Shown one piece after another: positions 55,694 to 64,000 of a stretch of 64,000 nt of DNA. This stretch comes from Scenedesmus sp. PABB004 (lineage: Eukaryota). Below the pieces are notes generated by a model that had not been told where the DNA came from, ran no database searches, and was given only the letters and a program-made list of their open reading frames with translations. Location of the stretch: NCBI GenBank assembly GCA_014905635.1, contig JABVCE010000004.1:682001-746000 (forward strand). Reading direction: 5' to 3'. Both the position numbers and the translations under genes were made by a program. Numbering within the stretch: position 1 is the first letter of the stretch; each line of letters begins with the position of its first letter.

Positions 55694-58545
55694 GGTCGGT
55701 GTCGCAGAACCGCCTGACAGGGTACGACGCGTGCACGTGCGGTGCCAGTGAACCCCCGCTGCTGCCCGCCGCGCCGGGCCGGCCACGGTGGCAGCACGCG
55801 CACCCTGATTTCAGCGACCAGCCCCGCGCTGCTTTTGCGCCGGCTGCGCCAGCTCTGTGCACCGAGCTGCGCCGCCCCGCGCGCAGGCCGATCCCGGCGT
55901 CCTGGGCGGCGCTGCGCAGCCTCTACGCCGTCAACATCAGCAGCAACGCAGGCATCTGCGGCGGCGCGCCGCGCGGCGTGGCGGGGCTCGTGACCGGCGC
56001 CAACTCGACCGCGCTGCACAGCCGCTGCCCCTGGGAGGCCGACGGTGCGCACAGCGCTGTGCGCGGCCGCGCGCGCGCGCGCGCGCGGCCGCCGCACGCC
56101 GCACGCCGCGCACCGCGCGTGCCCAGCCCGCCGCCGCACGCGCCGCCGCACCGCCGCACGCGCCGCCGCCGCCGCTGCAGCGGAGCAGCTGCTCGCGTTC
56201 AAGTCGGGGCTGCAGGACCCGGCCGGCGCGCTCGCGAGCTGGGGCCTCGGCAGCAACCCCTGCGGCGCGGCGCCGTGGCACGGCGTCAGCTGCTCGCCCG
56301 GCGGCAGCGTGACCGAGCTGCGCCTCGACGGCGCGGGCCTCCGCGGGCCGCTCACGGCGGGGCTGGCGCTGCTGCCGGCGCTGACCGGGCTGTTCCTGGA
56401 GCGCAACCAGCTCGAAGGTGCGCGGCGCCGGCGCACGACGCAGGCCGTCCTGCAACCGCGCAGTGCGCACCAGCCCCCGCCCGCACCGCGCCGCCGCCGG
56501 CAGGCACTCTGCCGGCGAGCTGGGGCGGCGACGCGCCGGCCAGCCTGGCGGCCATCGACCTTTCGGCCAACCAGCTCAGCGGGCCGCTGCCTGCCGCCTG
56601 GAGCGGCCTGCGCTCGCTGCAGACGCTGGACCTCAGCGAGAACGCCCTGAGCGGGCAGCTGCCCGACGAGTGGGGCGGCATGGGCAACCTCACCACGCTG
56701 TGAGGGCGCGCGCCGTTGGCGGCAGGGTGGGGGCGGCGGCGGTGCACCGCTGCGGCCACGTGGCCGGTCAGCCGCGGCGGCCGCGGACGCGCTCCGCAGC
56801 CGCGGCACCCGACTCGCGCGGCCGTCGCGTGCGCAGGCTGCTCGGGAGCAACCGCGCGCTCAACGGCACGCTGCCAGCTGCCTGGTCGGCCCTCGTCGCG
56901 CTGGAGAAGGTCCACCTCGAGTCTGCGGGCATCGTCGGTGCGCGCGGCGCGCGGCGGCGGCTGCGGCGCCCGCCGCGCTGCGCCGCGCCAGGCCACTGAG
57001 CGTGCCGCCCCGCCGGCGCCGCCGCGGCCGCAGGGTCCCTGCCGGCGTCGTGGGCAAAGCTCACGGCGATGCGGGAGATGGGGGTGAGCGGCAACCTCCT
57101 CACGGGTGAGCGGGCGCGCGGCACGGCGGGGCAAGCGGCGGGGCCTGCCGCGCCGCCGGCACGCATGCGCGCCCGCGCCCGCGCCCACGCCGGCGCGCGG
57201 CCTGCGCGCAGGCGCCATCCCCGCGCCGTGGGCGGGCGCGATGCGCGAGCTTAACTACCTGGACGTCTCCGGCAACCAGCGCATGTGCGGCGGCACGGGC
57301 GGCCTCGGCGGCAACGCGCGCCTGCAGACCGCCTCGACCGGCCTCGGGCGCCGCTGCGGCGCGGCGCGGGGCCTGGCGCTGTCCGCCGCGATTGCAGTCG
57401 GTGCGCGGGGAGCGCGCTGCGCCGGGGCCGCGGCGGAAGCCCGCCCCCGGGCGCGCCGGCGGCTCAGGGGCTGGCCGCCGCTGCCGCTGCCGCCGCCGCA
57501 GGCGTGTGCGCCAGCGTCGGCGGCGCGGCGCTGCTTGCAGGGGCGGCGGTGCTGATCAACGCGCGGCGCAAGCGGCAGTCGGTGCTCGCCGGCAGCGCCT
57601 CTCCGGCGGGCGTGCCCTGGGGCCGCGGTGCCAGCGTGCTGCGCGTGCTGACGCGCAGCGCCTCGCCGCTGCCGTCGCTGAGCGCGCGCTCCGCGCCGCC
57701 GGGCACCTTCCCCGCGCGCGGCGCGGCCAGCCCGCCGCCGGCCGGCACGCCGCCGGCCAGCCCGCCGGCGCAGCGCCGGCAGGCGTTTGCCGCGCCAAGC
57801 TCACCCGGCGCGGCCGTGGCCGCGCCGGGTGATGCGGCTGCTGGGCAGGCAGCGCCGAGCCCGGGCAGCCCTCGCTCGCCGCTCCACAGGCTCGGCCGCA
57901 CCGCGCTGGCGCTGGCGGCGGGGGAGCACGGCGCCGACGGGGGCGCGCAGCCGGCCCGCGCGGGCCGCATGGGCAGCTTGGCGTTCAGCGCCCGCCGCCC
58001 TGCGATGGCGGTGGCGGCGGCCGACGCAGAGGTGGCTGGCCACGAGGCGCCGGCCGCCTCGGGCGCGCCCCCGCCCGCCACGCCCGGCGGCGAAAACAGC
58101 GACGAGAGTGCCCGCAGCAGCCCGCTGCGCGCCATGGCCGGCTCGCCGGCGCTGCTGGGTGCGGCCGTGCCGCTGCTCGGCGCGCTGCCGCCGGTCGCTG
58201 GCAACGACGGCGGGGGCAGCAGCGCGGCCGCGGCCGCGGGCGCCCTGCCCGGCGGCGTGGAGCACTGCCCGCCGTCGCCGCCGCGGGCGGCCGCGACGCC
58301 GCCGCCAGGCTCGCCCGCCGGCCCGGGCGCGTGGGGCTCGGCGGTCAAGCCGCCCCGCCCCGGGCCGCCGCCGCCGCTGCCGCCCTCGCGCCGGTGGCCG
58401 CCGGCCTCGCCGTCGGACATGCTCGAGAGCGTCACGCGCCCCGCGCCCGGCCCGACCCCGCCGCCGGGTCGGCGGCTGTACGCTGACTTTGACAGCATCC
58501 TGGACAGCCTCCGCACGGCCGCCGGCCGCGCCGCGCGCGGCGGCA

Positions 58546-58599
<54 letters not shown>

Positions 58600-58885
58600 G
58601 CCGCCGCCGCCGCCGCGGGCGCCGACGCCGGCCGCGCACGACGGCACGCGCGACGTGCTGAGCGGCGACGACCCCGCTTCACCGAGCGCGCGAGTGGCAA
58701 CGTCGGCGGCGCTGGCGCTGGCGCTGCTGCGCGTGGGCTCGCCGGCGCCCGGGGAGGGCGGCGGTGAGGGCTCCGCGCCCTCGCCGCGCGGCGTGGCGGC
58801 GCTCATGGCGGCGCGCGGGGGCGGCGGCGAGGACGAGGACGGCGGGGGCCTGCCAGCGGCGGCGGCGGGTGGCGGCAGCGAATAA
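53978..58885 (+). CDS. LRR receptor-like protein: signal peptide, two LRRNT+LRR modules, one TM helix, disordered tail, no kinase; ~14 introns; stop at 58661 or 58885
   Basis: Plant-type LRRs (LDLSxNxLxGxLPxxW); caps DPHGVLPLW..PC..WPGVGC and DPAGALASW..NPC..WHGVSC; TM LSAAIAV|GVCASVGGAALLAGAAVLI followed by NARRKR. Confidence 0.9.
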
Positions 58886-59372
58886 AAGATGAGGAGAGCG
58901 CTTGCTGGGGTGGCCGTGCGCTGACTTTCTTTACGCGTGATGCTGGGCTTGGCCGGTGCCCGCGAACGCGGCCAGCGGCTGGCCCAGCTGCTGGCGGCGA
59001 CTGCAAATGCAAGCTTTCCTGTCGTGCCGGCGGTGGGAGGATGTTTTGTGCACTGCATGCTAGCGTAGCCAGCGCTGCGGATGGCTCGCGCGCGCGGTTT
59101 TGAGCGGGCGCCGCAACTGGCTGGCTGCACGCGGGGGCGGTCGGCGAGCCGTCGGTGCACACGGGCGATCGCGTGACCAGCAAGAGCGACTGGCGGGCCT
59201 GGGAGAGCGTCCAGCACGGAGCCCGCACTGCGGCTGACCGCTTCGAAGACTGCGCCGGCGCGACCCGCAGTGGCGTTAACTCTCGCTTCGAGCGGCACCT
59301 CCGAGCGCTCCCGGATCTGACGCACTCCCAGCCGCTCTCGCGCTGCGCGCGGCGCTGCGGAGGCGGCGGCGC

Positions 59373-60565
59373 ATGCCGCAGCTGCGTGCGCGCGGCGCGC
59401 CGCCGCTGCGGCGGGCCGCCCGCGCGGCTTGGCTCCTGGGCCTGCTGCTGGCGGCCGCCGCGCTGGCGGCCGGCCGCGCGCGGCCGCAGCCGCTGCGGCT
59501 GCCGCGCCCGGGGAGCCAGGCGCCCAGCGCGCCCGGGCGGCGGCGCCTGGCGCAGGAGCAGCCGCCCGCCGCAGCTGCCGGCGCCGACCAGCCCAGCGAC
59601 AGCAACGGCGACGGCGGCGTGGTCGTGCCTGTCGGCCGCGCCGCGGCGGACAGCGCGGACAGCGCGGACAGCGCGGACCGCGCCGCCCATGCGCCGCCGC
59701 CCTCGTGCGGCTCGACGTCGCGATATGTGCAGCTGGCCATCCAGCTGGTGGGCCTGGGCGACGTGGACCTGAGCAGCTACGATGCCGTGACAGCGCTGCA
59801 GGACCGGGTGCGGCGCGCGGCCACTGTGCCGGCAGTGCCGGGCCAGCGGCCAGGGCGGCTCCCGGGAGCGCCGGGGCCGCCGCTCGCGGCCGCATGCTGC
59901 GGCCGGCCGCGAGGCTCATCCGCGAGCCTCGCCCGCGCGGCGCAGGTGAGCGCAGCCATCGCGGCGCAGCTGCGCCTGGACGACGCGAGCCGCGTGGAGG
60001 CCTACGCGGACACGCTCGCCTCGGCCCCCGGCGACGTCTGGCTGGACGCGTACGTCTGGCTCGCGGCCGGCACGTGCGAGGTCGTGCGTGCGGTGTGGGG
60101 CGACGTCGTGCGCGACGCGCCCGCCGCGCTGCTCGGCGCGGACGCCGGCCTGGCCAGGGCGGCGCGGGTGCACGCCGTCCCGCGGGACCCTGGGCGCTAC
60201 TCCAGGGCCTCGGTCGCGGCGTTGTCCAACGAGGTGCTCAGCGTCGCCGTCTCGGCACCCCCGGCGCAGACGCCGGCCAGGGCGACGGCGCTGCCAGCGG
60301 CGGCAGCCCCGGCGGCGGCGAGAGCGGCGCGTCGGTGCTGGGCGCCGCCGAGCTTGTGCTGCAGCCGCCGCCACCGCCCGGGCTGCTGCCCGCGACGGCG
60401 CCGGCGACGGTGATCATGGTTGGCGCCGCGGCGGCGCTGCTGCTGGTCATGCTGCTCGGCGTCGCGCTGCAGCGCTGGGCGGTGGCGCGGCTGCGCGCGA
60501 GCGAGCGCGCCGCCGCCGTCGCGGCGGCGGAGAGCGAGAGCGACGGCAGCGACGTCGGCGCGTGA
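59373..60565 (+). CDS. Small type I membrane protein (signal, globular ectodomain, C-terminal TM), 1 intron, apparent indel near 60258
   Basis: WLLGLLLAAAALAAG; YVQLAIQLVG..QDR|VSAAIAAQL..VWLDAYVW; TM VIMVGAAAALLLVMLLGVAL lies in the shifted frame. Confidence 0.6.
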
Positions 60566-60756
60566 GCGCGCCGGCAACGGAGCCGCTGGCCCGGCGCGCG
60601 GGCACTCTCTCTCCTGAGTTGCCCTGCTGTGCTCCCGCGCTCGCTCGCGATCAGCGCCCGCCTGCCCGCTGCCCAGACACCAAAACTCCGGCCCCCGCGG
60701 CAGGTCACCCGCGCGACCCGCTGCCGCTGCCGCCGCCGCCGCCGCCGCCGCCTGGC

Positions 60757-64000
<3,244 letters not shown>

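Overview
Eukaryotic, extremely GC-rich, intron-dense and gene-dense DNA. Short GT/GC-AG introns, TGTAA poly(A) signals and an OPR gene point to a chlorophyte green alga; a Sphaeropleales/Selenastraceae-like identity is inferred, not proven. Most ORFs in the supplied track are GC-shadow frames. About 18 genes were assembled by hand: FKBP (3' end), a hypothetical protein, a bacterial-type alpha-2-macroglobulin with a C-terminal EGF domain and no thioester, CFAP161, an SLC35F5-like transporter, a small plastid-type membrane protein, eIF3c, an F-box/WD40 protein, a prosaposin-like protein, an OPR protein, mitochondrial uL2, TAF6, a coiled-coil protein, a large secreted five-module protein, a secreted papain-fold-like protein, a MEI4/PRD2-like candidate, a double-module LRR receptor-like protein, a small type I membrane protein, and the 3' part of an intron-containing GmrSD/SspE-like (DUF262+DUF1524) gene whose HNH motif looks inactivated. 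The main non-coding structure is an ~8.6 kb nested inverted-repeat locus (43481-52074) that encloses the papain-like gene and a cluster of hairpins. Other signals are frequent GC-AG introns and several probable single-base indels. All family assignments come from motif recognition; no searches were run.
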